The translations under genes were made by a program, and so were the position numbers. From assembly GCA_028534125.1 (NCBI GenBank), contig CM052816.1, positions 78,432,001-78,496,000 of the forward strand: DNA of 64,000 bases, given 5' to 3'. The notes under the pieces were generated by a model. The model ran no database searches. It was not told where the DNA came from and saw nothing but the letters and a program-made list of their open reading frames with translations. This stretch comes from Lama glama. Taxonomy: Eukaryota. Shown here one piece after another: positions 12,562-25,987 of the stretch; within the stretch, counting starts at the first letter, position 1; each line of letters begins with the position of its first letter.

Positions 12562-15446
12562 CTAGAAAAACAATTCAATAGGAATGAACATTTGTGCTAG
12601 TTTTACATTTTCATACAATGTGACAGGAATATCAAACAAGTGACAGTACAGCAATGCTAGAAAAAATATTACGAAATTATCTAATTCAAGCCACTTATTT
12701 ACAAAATATGAAAAGAAAGCCTAAAGACTTGTCCCCAGTGGTCTTTTAGCTTGCTGGTAGATGATCCAGGTTTGAATTGAAGCATGAGTATTCCACCTTC
12801 CATCAGTAATATTTGTGTTTTTTTGCCTAAAATATACAGTGAGAGAGCTCATTGTTTCTAAAGATTCAACACAAATATTTTTGGCATGATGATCTCTATT
12901 CTTTCACCTGTTAAGAATAAGTCTGTCAAATTTTAAAAAATTACAAATTAATCCTACAGACTATACTCACATGAATACTTACTGATAAAAGAAAAAGAAA
13001 GTGGGAAAAATTACAATGATCTGAGCCTTCACTTCAGAAGCTGGTGGTAAAATACTGATTTAGACCTTTGTGGTCTTCTCCTTCTCCCTCCACTTAACAT
13101 CATTCACACACTCTCTTCAGCTTGCTAATTCTCCTTTTATTAGAAAAGTATGCAAGCCCAACAAATTTCAAGGCTCAATAAAATATCTTCAGCCCAGATC
13201 CCATTAAATCAACAAATGTTATACAAGGAGGTGTTAAAAATAAGCTAAATAAGTGGGAAAATGTTTCCTAGTTAAAAAGGAAATTCATGTTAACTAACAA
13301 TGTTAATCAACAAGGAAGTTAATATGGAAAAAAAGCATTGATATGCTTTAGAAATAAATGTATAATTATATCTGAATAATACAAACATTTCTTGTCAACA
13401 AGACTATTTATAAAAAGTTTAAAAATCCACAGGAAATCATAAAAATCAGTCAAGATGAAAGTGCTTTAAAGGAAGAACTTAAACCTAGCTTTGACTTAAA
13501 TTAATGTTTCAGTGTTTAAATATATGGATATATAAGTGATTGTTCCATGATACATAAATCAGTACTTTCAATTAGCAATGTCAATACATTTAAAGTGTGA
13601 TATATAATTTTAGAGACCATATCTATTGGATTAAGTGTGATAAAGATGCTAGTGGAACAATTAAATACGGATGTTAATTTGAAGTTATAGCAATAGACAG
13701 TTATTTTTTTTAGATGGAGCTTATATTGGATGTTAAAAAGAAATGAAACTAACATTTTTGGACCATTTATTTTGTCAGCTGTGCAAAATTCTTTGTACAT
13801 CAACTCATCTAACTGATTTACAACACACTTAATGAGAATTATCATCACTATTTTGCAGAAAGGAAAATGAAACTCATAGAGGTGAAGAAAATTTCCCAAT
13901 GTTATTATATGGTTAGCAAACCAAAATTTTAACCCAATTTGTCTAATGTCTGAATTATAATACATCATATTGTCTTTGTACTTAATATTTATGTGGCAAA
14001 TTATATATATTTTAAAACAAACTTCAAATTCCAACAATTTATCTAAAAATCAAATTAGATTAGCTGAAGATGTATTCAGCCTTCAAAACTAGTTGGAAAA
14101 GAACCTGATGAACACAAGTAGAGGCTTCTGATAAGTAATGTATTGTAAGGTTATTTGTTCTAAAGTTTTTTTCAATCTAAAGTTACCTATCCATCCATCC
14201 ATCCTCAAGAGTTGGAAGAAAAGTGGACTGGTTATCTAGATCAACCAGCTATCCCATTATTACTCCTCCTTGGCAGTTTGAATAATTTCTCACCTTGATA
14301 ATACTTGTGAGATATGTACCTACCTTTGACACCTAACCTACAAATATAGTTACTCTGGAAGTTCCCTCTCCTTCAGAAGCTGAGTTACTTTTATCCCTGA
14401 AAATTCACAGAATTGTAGAATTAGAATGGCTCATAATTCTAATTATTGAGTTAGAATGGCTCATAGAAGTTCAACTTTCACCTCTTGAAAAACACCCTCA
14501 ATCAAAGAGCTGGAAGATAATCAATGAAAAAAAAATCTTTATAATGAGAGGCAGACCAGTCTATAGTTTAGAAGGCTGTACTTAAAAATTCTCAAGGATA
14601 GACAAAATTTATTATCAGCTATACTGCAATTAATTACAAGCCAATTCTTTAAAGTACATACAATATTCTCTTCTAACCAACTCTGATGATTCAAATGATC
14701 AGATTTTATGTATTTTTAAAAACAGCTTAAACCTGGACTTAAATTCACAACTTTGTCGCTCTGTTATACACAGACCATACAAGGGTCTTTGGGAATTTGA
14801 TGATAAACAACAGCTTGGGAGATGAGGGGAGGGTCCACAGATGATCACCTATTTAACTCAGAACTTGAAGAATTGAGATTAATGAGCAGAAATGAAAGCA
14901 GATGTAAGAGATTTGGTGAAGTAATTAACATTTTAATAAGAAGTGAGAGAAGATTTTAACTGGAGCCAAAGACATTGATATGGGAGTTCTGTTCACAAAA
15001 CTAACCAATACTGTTACCAAAACTAAGTAAAATAACCAAGGGAAAAAAGTACAATGGAAGATTAAAAGGCTAATGATAGAAATCCTGAGAAATGAGAGAG
15101 CAGAGGGAAGACCTAATGAAGGAAGAAAAATGAAAGGAGGAGGAGGAAAACAAATGGATTCAATAAGAAATAAGTTTTCTGAGAGGGGTGGAGGATAGGG
15201 AAAGCTGATCAATAATTTCAAATATTTAAGAAATATTAAAAAGGTTGTGGTTTGAAAAGACCAATGGATTTGTCTGTAAGAATGATACTGTACATATATG
15301 AAAACACTTTCAATAAGTACAATATTGTTTTTTCCTACAATAAATGAAAAACAATAGAGAATAATTTTTTGTAACTGCAGTAAGAAGTTTGAGTTCTTTA
15401 CTCAAGCTGAAACATGCAACATTGAAGAAAATTTTAGTTGCAATAC

Positions 15447-15543
15447 CTTTTGGAGTTCCATCACTTCCAGCAGGGGAACATACTGGCTGTGGAGATCTCA
15501 AGGGAAAAGATGCAGCATTCCTCATTGTTGAAGAATCTCCATC
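15447..15543 (-). CDS. NIPBL: NIPBL exon 8 (97 nt; DGDSSTMRNAASFPLRSPQPVCSPAGSDGTPK)
   Basis: Overlaps ORF 15310..15525; tag acceptor, gtattg donor. Confidence 0.96.
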
Positions 15544-16130
15544 CTAAGAATAGAGGATAACATTTACATCTTGAATGACAAAAGAGGCTTTACAGAAATC
15601 TTAAAGAGAACCAATAAAAGACATAAATTACTGACAGGTAAAGTGTTGGTATTCAAAAGCATAATTCTTCTGCACTTTCCTGTTTTCTTCGTGGTATATC
15701 TTAGAAGAATTGAAATTGTATCCAAAAGAATCAACAGCCTAAGCATGGCAATGAATAAGAAAACTGGTGTTACTAATATGCTCCATTTTTGTTTGCTACT
15801 TTCTACAAAAGGAGCTCTGAACACCCTACCAGGCTGTAAACGTAAAGGTCTTTTGAGGGCAGAGTCCAATGTCACCTCTGTTAGACTTAGATACACGTAA
15901 CTTATGTGATAACATCACCAAATTAATAACAAGACAAATTTCCAGTATGTGGAATATTTCAATAGCATTAAAGCAACATTAAATTTCAGGGGGAAAAAGT
16001 TCTGTACAAGTCTTAGAGGGAAAAAGAGCTAAGTACTAATAAATACAGACTCATTATTTAAGAGAACATGTTTATATGAGCAAATATTTAAAAATGAATT
16101 ATATTTCATTAAGGACCTAAACCTCTATGC

Positions 16131-16304
16131 CAGAGGTTGGCATACTATCTCTGTAAAGAGACAAATAATTCTTGTAATACAAATAACCCTATGAAGGGTC
16201 GCACACAATTTCTGTCGCCTAAGGTTCCTTGTTGTTCTTTTAAACTCTTTACAAATGGGAAAATCATTCTTTGTGTCAGACTACTGGCCAGTTTACCAGT
16301 CTTG
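16131..16304. mobile_element. MER58-like hAT MITE
   Basis: Begins cagaggttggcatactatctctgtaaagagacaaata; degenerate 8-bp flanks ctctatgc / ctctagat. Confidence 0.55.
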
Positions 16305-16477
16305 CTCTAGATTAAGCTCTGTGGGAACAGGAATCATATTGTTCATAGCTAGATTCTCAGATCTAGTATAATCCTCGACAGATAGATATTCTTTAAATTG
16401 TGGAACTGAAATACTAGGTTATGAGACAAATATTAGAACTATTTTATTACCTTAATGATAACTAATATATTACATAC

Positions 16478-16635
16478 GTCACTACTTAGCCTGTGCACCA
16501 TGTGTAGGTAGTCGTCACTTGAGCCATGTCTAGGATTATCAGCATGATGATTAGCAGAATTGCCAGACAATGAACCAGAAACTTTATCATGTATGTTTCT
16601 CAAACCACCTGCAACAATGGGACTTGATACCGATG
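16478..16635 (-). CDS. NIPBL: NIPBL exon 7 (158 nt; ASVSSPIVAGGLRNIHDKVSGSLSGNSANHHADNPRHGSSDDYLHMVHRLSSD)
   Basis: Manual translation (not in the ORF track); cag acceptor, gtatgt donor, phase 1 to phase 0. Confidence 0.95.
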
Positions 16636-16849
16636 CTGAAATTAATAAGAATTAAAAAAAAAGCGCTTTATAAAAATAAAATTCTTAGAGGATAATAATA
16701 ATAATTGTTCACAAGTAATATTTTAACATACAGAAATTACAGAGAATAATATAATGAACTGACTATCCAGGGCTTGACCAAATCTTAACACTATGCCACA
16801 TGTCATTCAGATCTATTGTTGAGAAGAAATAAGACATTAGATATTATAG

Positions 16850-18080
16850 AAGCTCTCCATTTATCTGCATATTCCTCTCCTCTATTTCCTTCCCCTTATT
16901 GCCTAAAAGTAACCCCTGTGTTGAATTTAGAGTTCATTCTACCTATGAATGTCTTTATACCTTTGCTATAAATGAATATATTCCTAAATAACACACAGCA
17001 CTGTTTTGTATAACTTCATACAAATGGTATATGCGTAAATCCTTCTATAACTTGCTTTTTATTTTTTAGTTCAATATCATGTTGAAATTTATTAATTTTT
17101 ATATATGTAGTTTTAAATTCATTTACTTTAAATAAGTAATCACATGTATTCTGCTATATAATGTACACAATTTATCCATCTTACGTTAGTAGTTCAGATT
17201 GCTTAAATATTTTTGCTGTCATAAACAATGCTGTAAAGTATATTCTTGTAAATGACTTTTTTTTTTTACAAATGTGTCTAGGAATGAAACTGCTGGATAG
17301 TCCCATTTTTAAACTAAATATTACTAAATATTAATAAATATCTCCCCTACTTATAAGGGAGATAGATTTTGAACTATGGAGGGAGGTATCTGTATTTTAA
17401 ATTAAAATAGATATTGTCAAACTACTCTCTAAAATGCTTGTACCAATTTACAGCCCTATGAAAACAATACAAAGTTCAAACTTCTCAGGATACTTAAAAT
17501 GTTCACTAATCTGATACATATAAAATTTTATTTCAGTTTAATTTTGATTTCCATCTCTTTAACTGTGAACCAGGTTGACCATATTTTCATATATATATTT
17601 CTGTACCCGATTTTCTTTTCTTTTTCAGTAAATTGCCTGCTTAATTCTTCAGTCTATTTTTGTCTATTCTTCAGTCTATTTCAGCCTATTTTTGTCTTAT
17701 TCTTATCAATCTCCATGAGATCATGATATATTTAAATTAATATTTTGTAATAAATTTTGAAATGTTTTCCCCTAAATTTACTTACCTTTATTTATGTTCT
17801 CTCCTCTTACACAGAAACTTATAATAATCTATTTTTTCCCCATTTCTAGAATCCAGGCCTACTTAGAAATAAGCTGTTCTCAACCCTAAGATTACCAAAA
17901 TTTACCTCATGTTTTCTTCTAATTTTATGATTTAAAGTACAAACATGTAAATGGTTTATCAATCTAGAACATTTTGTTCCAGATAATCTAAGAATCCTAC
18001 TAAAATTTCAAAATGCCTAGATAACCAATCCGGCATGATTTATTTAAACAAACCACATTACATACTGATTCAAAATACCA
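16850..18080 (-). mobile_element. Old LINE-1 (L1ME-like) 3' fragments
   Basis: T-rich degenerate motifs (aaacaatgctg, aggaatgaaactgctggata, gttgaccatattttcat) typical of antisense L1; ends approximate. Confidence 0.55.
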
Positions 18081-18089
18081 TCTTTAGAA

Positions 18090-18950
18090 TGATAAAATCG
18101 GAAAATGACCATTTTCCAATGACAAATGTGAAAACTGATAAATGAGAGTCATTACTGGATGCTAAACGCTTTAGGGTAAAGATTAATAGGAGACAGAATA
18201 TTTATATAATCTCAAATTATCACCCTATAGATTACTTACTAATTACAAAGGAAAAATTATGTACTTGCATAATGAAGACATCAAGTGGTCACCACCTAGA
18301 CATCACTAATAATAAACCCACTTGCCATTTATATGCTTTCTGATATGGTACAATATAAACTATATAACATTATTTATTTAGTACCGTTGCCAAAAATAGA
18401 TAACTAGATGCTAACAAAGCCTTTAAAAATAACTTCCAGTCTTTAAGGAAAAAAAAAAACAAACTTCCAGTTGACAGGAAATACAGGGACTATATGAACA
18501 AATTAAACAACACAAAGAAGAAAGTGTGAAATCAACAATATGGGCTACTCTACAACAAAAGTAGCACAGACAAAAAAACTCCAAAAATTACTGTCATGGA
18601 GAAAGCGTATGGGACCATTTTCAGATTAAAAGAGTCAAAAGAGATGAAAAAAACCAAATGCAATGTGTGAGAAACTAGATTAGATCATGCATGGAAAAGA
18701 AGATAAAGGTTATGAAAGACATATTTGGGGCAACTGATGAAAACTGAATGTAGGATGGATATAAATGATACTACAGAATTGTTCTTGATTTTTTTTAAAA
18801 TCAAGTAAAATATTATACTTGATGTACATAAAGGAGAACCGATTTCTTAGCAGATGTATTTAAGGAAAGAGAGGTAGGATGCCTGTTGGTTAAGTGGTTC
18901 ACTGTGCTATTCTTTCAACTTTTCTGCATGGTTAAAATTTTTACAGTGTA
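18090..18950 (+). mobile_element. Old LINE-1 (L1MC/ME-like) 3' end fragment
   Basis: agattacttactaattacaaagg, gtggtcaccacc and ttcactgtgctattctttcaacttttctgcatg motifs; ends approximate. Confidence 0.5.
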
Positions 18951-20291
18951 AGACATCTGCCTTATTTCTGGAACCTTCTCTGTCCCATTTATCTATCCAT
19001 TTGTTCTTATCAAATGAAATTTTCTTAGTTATCATAACTTTAGTATCTGTGCAGGGCTAACTGTTATTATTTTTAGTCTCTCAAGTATCTGAAATTTCCA
19101 AGAAATGACTCATTACTGAATAGGCCCTCAAACTATATTCTTTTATGATTTCAACTAAAGAAAAAAAAAAAGCTGGGTTTATCTTGTTATAAAATAATGG
19201 CAGTATTTAGAGTAAAAACTTATGGTTTTTCCTATACATATTTATGTGTATGCAGACTTTCCTTATGAAACAAATATGTCCTTTCACTATTTTTCCCCTG
19301 ATTAGTTACATTTAAAATGTTTCCCATAACTTCAGTGGGCCAGAATAGAATACTAATATTTCACAAGTATTAAGAGCTCATATACATACATACTTTATGT
19401 TCAGCCCTTACACTAAATCTATAATTTTGGAGCTACTTATTTCAAATGTATGATTTACCTACAAGTTCTTCCTGGAGTTACTGCATGAAATAGGTTCAAT
19501 CTAGTATTTCATTATCTAGCTTTGGGAAACTAGAAGTTGTCTGTTTTATTAGGTGACACTAAGTTAAAAGCTTGTAAGATAAAAAGTTTATAAATGAAGG
19601 ATGTTTGACTCCTTGTATAATTAAAAAATAAGAATACAAATAGTAACTAGTGAATAACTGTGACTGTTAAAAATTTGCTGTTAATTATGGGGGACAGACA
19701 CAGATGTCTGTTATATTATCTTTTGTACTTTTCAAAATTTCTCAAAAAATTATGTATAAATTTATACTAATAAATTATTTAGTAACCATGACATATATCC
19801 CAAGGCAGAATGATCTTAAAAAGACATCATATTATCAGCATGACTTCAAATGAGAAGTAGTAATCTAATTTCAAAAAATCTTGCATGTAAGATTATTAAT
19901 TTTCCTCTACTACTACTGTATCTACTTTTTAGTAAAATTCTCACACTATATATATTTACTAATTAAAACATAATTCTTCTTTGGTTTAAGTGCTACTGTG
20001 AGAAAAAAGCCCAATTAAAAAAGCAGTTCCTAATATCATAACAAGATACACTGAGTTGTTTAATAACCTAATACAGAGTCAAATCACACTGACCCTTTTA
20101 CCTCCCAAATGATGAATTTCTAAATCATGAATTTAACGTTTTTAATGATATAGCTCTATCTTAAAAGAAATGTTTGTTGACAAGTAAGTATACAGTATAG
20201 TCTTCGTGTTTTGAATTTTGTAAAGAGAAAAACAAAAGAATTTGCTTAAAACTACAGGCAATTTCTGCAAATAAACAACCATCTTTCTTAC

Positions 20292-20443
20292 CTTGCTGCA
20301 TCTGTGGATGTGTTGTATAACTTGAAGGATGGGAATATGGCATGTATCCTGCAGGGCTTTGTGGGGCATATGGACTAGGCACTGGGCTATTTTGTTGTGG
20401 CATAAATCTGTTCCCAGAGCTTGTCTGTGGTGGCACAAACCGG
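20292..20443 (-). CDS. NIPBL: NIPBL exon 6 (152 nt; RFVPPQTSSGNRFMPQQNSPVPSPYAPQSPAGYMPYSHPSSYTTHPQMQQ)
   Basis: Within ORF 20161..20529; tag acceptor, gtaaga donor. Confidence 0.97.
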
Positions 20444-21001
20444 CTAAAATTCAAAATCCAAACAAACAATATCAGGAAATGAAATAAATACGATATTCCT
20501 TGAAATTTCACTGTCAAAAAATTCTCCAAACTCTAATTTGTATAAAATCTAGGCAAATAGAAAAATTTTGAAAAATGAATAATATACAAACATCATTCAC
20601 AATTCAAAATCTAAGAGTCATACTAAACAGTTTGAAAAAACTGGAGTAATTCGTTTACTTACATAAAAGTATCCATTTGCTTGAGGTACATAAAGCCATA
20701 CTCTCTAGATGCTACTCCAGGAATTTTCTTATTTCTCTTAAACATACTGGTTATTTCAACACATTCTTTTATCTTTATGAAATTAAGTTACTAAGATGGT
20801 AGCTATTTCAATCAGTAAATAAGAGCATTTCCACATATAACATTATAAGGCAAATATTTTATGTGAGTTACTATTTAAGGCTAAGCATTTCAACTTTTTA
20901 ACGACATATAATTTATCATTATCTAAATGTAGTATAGTGTATATTCCCAAGAATATTCGTCACAGAAAATAATACTTAATAAAATGATACACACATATTA
21001 C

Positions 21002-21101
21002 CTGGAGGGGCTATGTGAGATAGTGGTTTGTTGATAATTGGAAGATGCAGGACTACTGTGCATGGAATTCTGAGAGAGTTTATACTGAGACATCATCATT
21101 C
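21002..21101 (-). CDS. NIPBL: NIPBL exon 5 (100 nt; GMMMSQYKLSQNSMHSSPASSNYQQTTISHSPS)
   Basis: Manual translation; tag acceptor, gtaata donor, phases consistent with neighbouring exons. Confidence 0.96.
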
Positions 21102-22803
21102 CTAAACAACACACAAAAATGGTTATTAACATGTTATTTTCCTCTAAGGGTAAAGCATTCTTTAAATCATTTAAATCATTATTCTTTCACAAACATTGAA
21201 AAGTTCTTTCTGCTTTTTCTTTTTGATCAATATGTTCATTCTGAAGAACAAAATACAGAAACTATAAATTTCAAGTCCAATTTTACCAAAATATTCTTTT
21301 AGCATATAACTAATCCTGGACCAGAGATAGATTTAATTTTTAAAAAATTTTTACTTGTTTATTTAAGGTCCTATGGTTAACCTCAGAATAGAAAAGAACT
21401 TTTAGAAGTAGCTTTATGTAACCCCTTACCAAATTTACATACTTCTGTCTACAGCAGGCCTTTGGGTGTTTTTTCCATTACATGGAATACTTTATTATAT
21501 AGATCTCCCAACCTTTGGAGCTTAATTTTACAACACTATTTATTTCACTGTGATTCAGATCCAGGATTTAAAAAGTACTTCACTTAGGGACCCGAAGTTT
21601 GAGGTACTGAAATTACCATTTGAAAAGTCTTTTAACACGAAACAGTGTTCCTATTCTTTCTTCCACAGTAATTCTTTGCCATAAAAATGGGGATTAAATG
21701 AATATTTGATTAATGAGTGAAAATGTGAGGATAGCCTTTAGATTCTCACATTTCTTTTGAAGCTAGACATTGTTCCTTCAACTGTGACATAAGTGGTACT
21801 TTGTTACATAGGAGATGCAGAAAAATTCAGTTACTTAGACATTCTAAAATCAAAGAAAAAAATCTGTGATTAACTTTGACTTTTCTTATGTTATGTATAG
21901 CCAATCTTTTGGCGAGCTTCAAGCATCGTGTTATCTTCACAAATTTCATTTCCTTCTGCTGATATGAAAAGTGTCTTTCACCAGAAACATTCAAAAAGAG
22001 GCTACATGTCCATTTGCCAGGAACTACAGAAAAGCTTCCAGTTCTATGACAGTGGCTAAATGCAACGAGGGCTCAAAAACACCTCAAAGTCTACCGCTAA
22101 CAGTATGCTTTCTTTTATATGTAGTCTAAATTTTAACTGAGGAATTTTCTCTTCCAACTCAAACTCAGTACTAATTAATATATTCTATGGCTTAATAACT
22201 TAATTAGCATAACTACTGTTGCCTTTGTTTTGGGAGCGAAAGGGAAGAGTTATGGAAGTTAAAAAATATTTTCCCCTGAATTAACAGCCATCACTGTGAC
22301 AAGTTGGAATTACTAGTTTGGAAGTAATGGCTGTACAAATAAAAGGGACAAATGAAATTCTAACAGTCCTTTCTGATTATCTCAAAGTTCCTAAGAACTA
22401 TGAACAAAGTGATTTATTTGCATATTATTAAATTTTCTCCATATGTGTGACTCAGTTACATTTAGCAACAAAGAATCACTTTTTAAATTTTAAAGCCAAA
22501 TATCAATAGGAAAATGCTTACAAAAGTCACAATATGCAATGAATCAATTCATTTTTAAATGGTAGTTTATGTTTTTACCGAGTAGGAGATAGAGAAATCA
22601 ACATTTCAGACTAAAAAATAAGCATATATAGTATAAAACACAAAGTATGTGACTGAAAAAAAAGTTTTTTATTAGCATGATTACCCAAATTCAATATGTA
22701 AAAAAAAAGTTACAAAAATGTGGTGTAAATACCTTGGAAGACTTCCTTTATTCAATCTTTTACTTACTCAAATTATCCTATACTTAATGCTGTTATCCTA
22801 TTA

Positions 22804-25016
22804 CAGGTATACCTCAGAGATATTGCAAATTTGGTTCCAGACCACCACAACAAAGCAAATATTGCAATGAAAGAAGTTACACAATTTTTTTGTGGTTTCC
22901 CAGTGCATATAAAAGTTATGTTTACACTATGCTGTAGTTTACTAAGTGTGCAACAGCACTATGTCTAAAAAAACCCCCAACAATGTACATACCTTAATTT
23001 AAAAATACTTTATGGCTAAAAAATGCTAACCATCATTTGAGCCTTCAGTGAGGTTATAATCTTTTTGCTAGTGGAGGGTCTTGCCTCAATGTTGGTGGCT
23101 GATGATTGATCAAGATGGTGGCTGCTGAAGGTTGAGGTGGCTGTGGCAATTTCTTAAAATAAGACAACAGTGATTTGCTGCACTGATTGACTCTTCCTTT
23201 CATGAATGATATCTCTGAAGCAAGCAATACTGTTTGATAGCATTCTACTCACAATACAACTTCTTTCAACACTGGAATCAGTTCTCTCAAACTCCGCTGG
23301 TGCTTTATCAACTAAGTTTTATACAATATTCTAAATCCTTCGATGCAGTTTTAACAATCTTCACACCATCTTCACCAGGAGTAGACTCTTATCTCAAGAA
23401 ACCATCTTTGCTCATTAGTAAGAAGCAACTCCTCATACGTTAAAGTGAGCTTGCAGCAATTAAGTTACATCTTCAGGCTCTACTTTGAATTCTAGTTCTC
23501 TTACTATTTCCACCATATCTGCAGTTACATCCTCCACTGAAGTCTTGAACCCTTCCCAAGTCATCCATGAGAAATGGAATCAACTTCTTACAAACTCTGC
23601 TTAATGTTAATCACTATTTATGGCAGCTCCAGCCTTATGAAATGTACTTCTTAGATAATAAGACTTGAAAGTTGAAATGACTCCTTGATCCATAGGCTTC
23701 CAAATGGATACTGTGTTAGCAGGCATGAAACATTAATCTTGTACATCTCCATGAGTGTTCTTGGGGTGACCAGATGCACTGTCAATGAACAGTGATATTT
23801 TGAAAGGAATCTTTTTTTTGAAAAAGGTATCAACAATGGGTTTAATATATTGCGTAAAACATGTTGTCAACAGATATGCTGTCATCCATGCTTTGATGCT
23901 CCACTTCTAGAGCACAGAGAAGAATAGATTTAGCATAATTCTTAAGGGCCCTAAGACTTTCAGGACAGTCAATGAGCACCGGTTTCAACTTAAATTCACC
24001 ATCTGCAAGGGCTCTTAGCAAGAGATCCAGCCTGTTCTTTGAATCCGTGAAGCCAGGCATTGACTTCTCCTTTATACCTTTGACAGTTCCAGATGGCATC
24101 TTCTTCCAATAGAAGGCCGTTTTGTCTATACTGAAAATCTTTTGTTTAGTGTAGCCATTTTCCCTGATAATTTTAGCTAGATCTTCTGGATAACTGGCTT
24201 AGCTTCTACATTAGCACTTGCAGGTCCACCTTGTACTTTTATGTTATAGAGATGGCTTCTTTCCTTAAACCTCATAAACCAACCTTTGCTAGCTTCAAAC
24301 TTTTCTTTTACAGCTTCCTCACTTCCCTCAGCCTTCACAGAATGGAAGAGAGTTAGGGCCTTGCTCTGGATTAGGCTTTGGCTTAAAGGAATGTTCTGAC
24401 TGGTTTGATCTTCTGTCCAGACCATCAAAACTTTCTCCGTAACGGCAATAAGACTGTTTTGCTTTCTTACCATTCATGTATTTACTAATGTAGCACTTAC
24501 CATTTCCTTCAAGAATTTCTCCTGTGCTAACCTGGCTGTTGGCAAGAGGCCTAGCTTGTAGCTTTTGTCATGCCTTCCTCACTAAGCTTAATCATTTCTA
24601 GCTTTTGATTAAACTGAAAGACATGAGGCTCTTCCTGTAGAGTTATTAACCTAATTTCAATATTGTTGTGTCTCAGGGAATAGGGAAGCTCAAGGAAAGG
24701 GAGAGCCAGAGGAACTGCCAGTCTAGCCAGAGTATACAACATTTATCAATTAGTTCACCTTCTTACATGGGCGTGGTTCATCATGCCCCCAAACAATTAT
24801 AATAGTTAACTTCAAAAATCACTTATCAGAGATCACCACAACAAATATAATAATAAAATTTGTAATATTGGGACAATTACCAAAATGTGACACAGAGACA
24901 TGAAGTAAGCAAATGCTGTTGGATAAAAGGCAGATGCATGGTTGCCTTCAATTTGTAAAAAATGCAGTACTTGGGAAGCACAATGAACCAAAGTGCGATG
25001 AAACAAGATATGCCTA
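22804..25016 (-). mobile_element. Near-full-length Tigger1 (pogo/TcMar) DNA transposon with a decayed transposase, in intron 4
   Basis: Terminal inverted repeats caggtatacctc / aagatatgccta with TA on both sides. ORF fragments 24551..24742 (QKLEMIKLSEEGM), 24177..24473 ([20 protein letters not shown]...[17 protein letters not shown]-type HTH) and 23842..24099 (KSMPGF...GEFKLKP, DDE region) are in different frames. Confidence 0.93.
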
Positions 25017-25844
25017 TATAGCCTTTGTTTTAATCAACGAACTCTCCATGGTTTTTTTTTATTTCAACATCCTTCCAGAGCATGTGTAATTCTAGTTTTC
25101 CTTTCACTATATCTATCTGTCTCTTGCTACTGAAATCTAGCTTAGTAGTTCTGGTAAAGATACAGTCTTGCCCTGCATACCTGCCTTCGATTTGCTGACA
25201 GGTGAATTAGGCAAAGGGATTTCCAACAGATTCACTTTGAGGAATGGACAGTAACTATAAAATTGCTTTAAAAACACAATTCATACAAAAATACACAAAA
25301 CCAACAAAGTAATACTATTCAAACACAAAACAAAACTAAGAAATGGAATGATGAACTTCATGGAGGTACTGTCAATTAATGTGGCAATATTCTTGAATAC
25401 AAGTAAACAGTTAAAAAGTTAGACCTTCCTGAGTGGTCTAAACTATTCCCTTCTAACTATTTTAATCTTGAGAGCAAAGCAAGTGCAAGTACTTGAGCTT
25501 GTTAGATTCAGTAAGCTTCAGACCAGAAAAATGCTCCTAACTTAAAGGCTCTCCTTGACTACATAAAAATTACATCTGTGTAGGATATGATATTTTTTAT
25601 GATTTCTCTCATACTTGTTATAAAAAGAATTTTCCTTAATATTTATTACAAATCTATTTTTCCATTGCTAAGGCAACAGAAGTGTTAAACCAATTACTAC
25701 ATAACCATGAATGTAAACACCGTCAGTACTAAAACTGATACCTGGTATAATGATTTACTACACGTACTACATGCTGAAAAGCTCTGCAGATATTTTTATT
25801 ATTTGATTAATGAAGATTTTTTTAGTATCAAGTCTATGATTTTT

Positions 25845-25987
25845 TATTTTTATTTTTATTTTTTAATTTGGGGGGAGGTAATTAGATTTATTTATTTATT
25901 TACTTTTAGAGGAGGTACTGGGGATTGAATCCAGGACCTTGTGCATGCTAAGCATGTGCTCTACCACTTAAGCTATACCCTCCCCCC
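25845..25987 (-). mobile_element. tRNA-Ala-derived SINE (camelid Vic-1-like)
   Basis: Reverse complement ggggagggtatagcttaagtggtagagcacatgcttagcatgcacaaggtcctggattcaatccccagtacctcc has Pol III A/B boxes; A-rich tail; TSD tctatgatttt at 25833 and 25993. Confidence 0.85.

Noticed and set aside
13516..14037. 173-aa minus-strand ORF in intron 8
   Set aside because: Non-ATG start, AT-rich I/F/K/N/Y composition, partly MIR-like sequence and no recognisable domain
17339..17364. 8-bp inverted repeat tatctccc / gggagata
   Set aside because: Too short to exceed chance and lies within decayed L1 sequence
23842..24742. Possible domesticated TIGD-type transposase gene
   Set aside because: Split across frames by stops and frameshifts and still bounded by terminal repeats; decayed transposon
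25905..25987. Possible tRNA-Ala gene
   Set aside because: Acceptor stem is imperfect and the sequence has an A-rich tail and TSD, so it is a SINE
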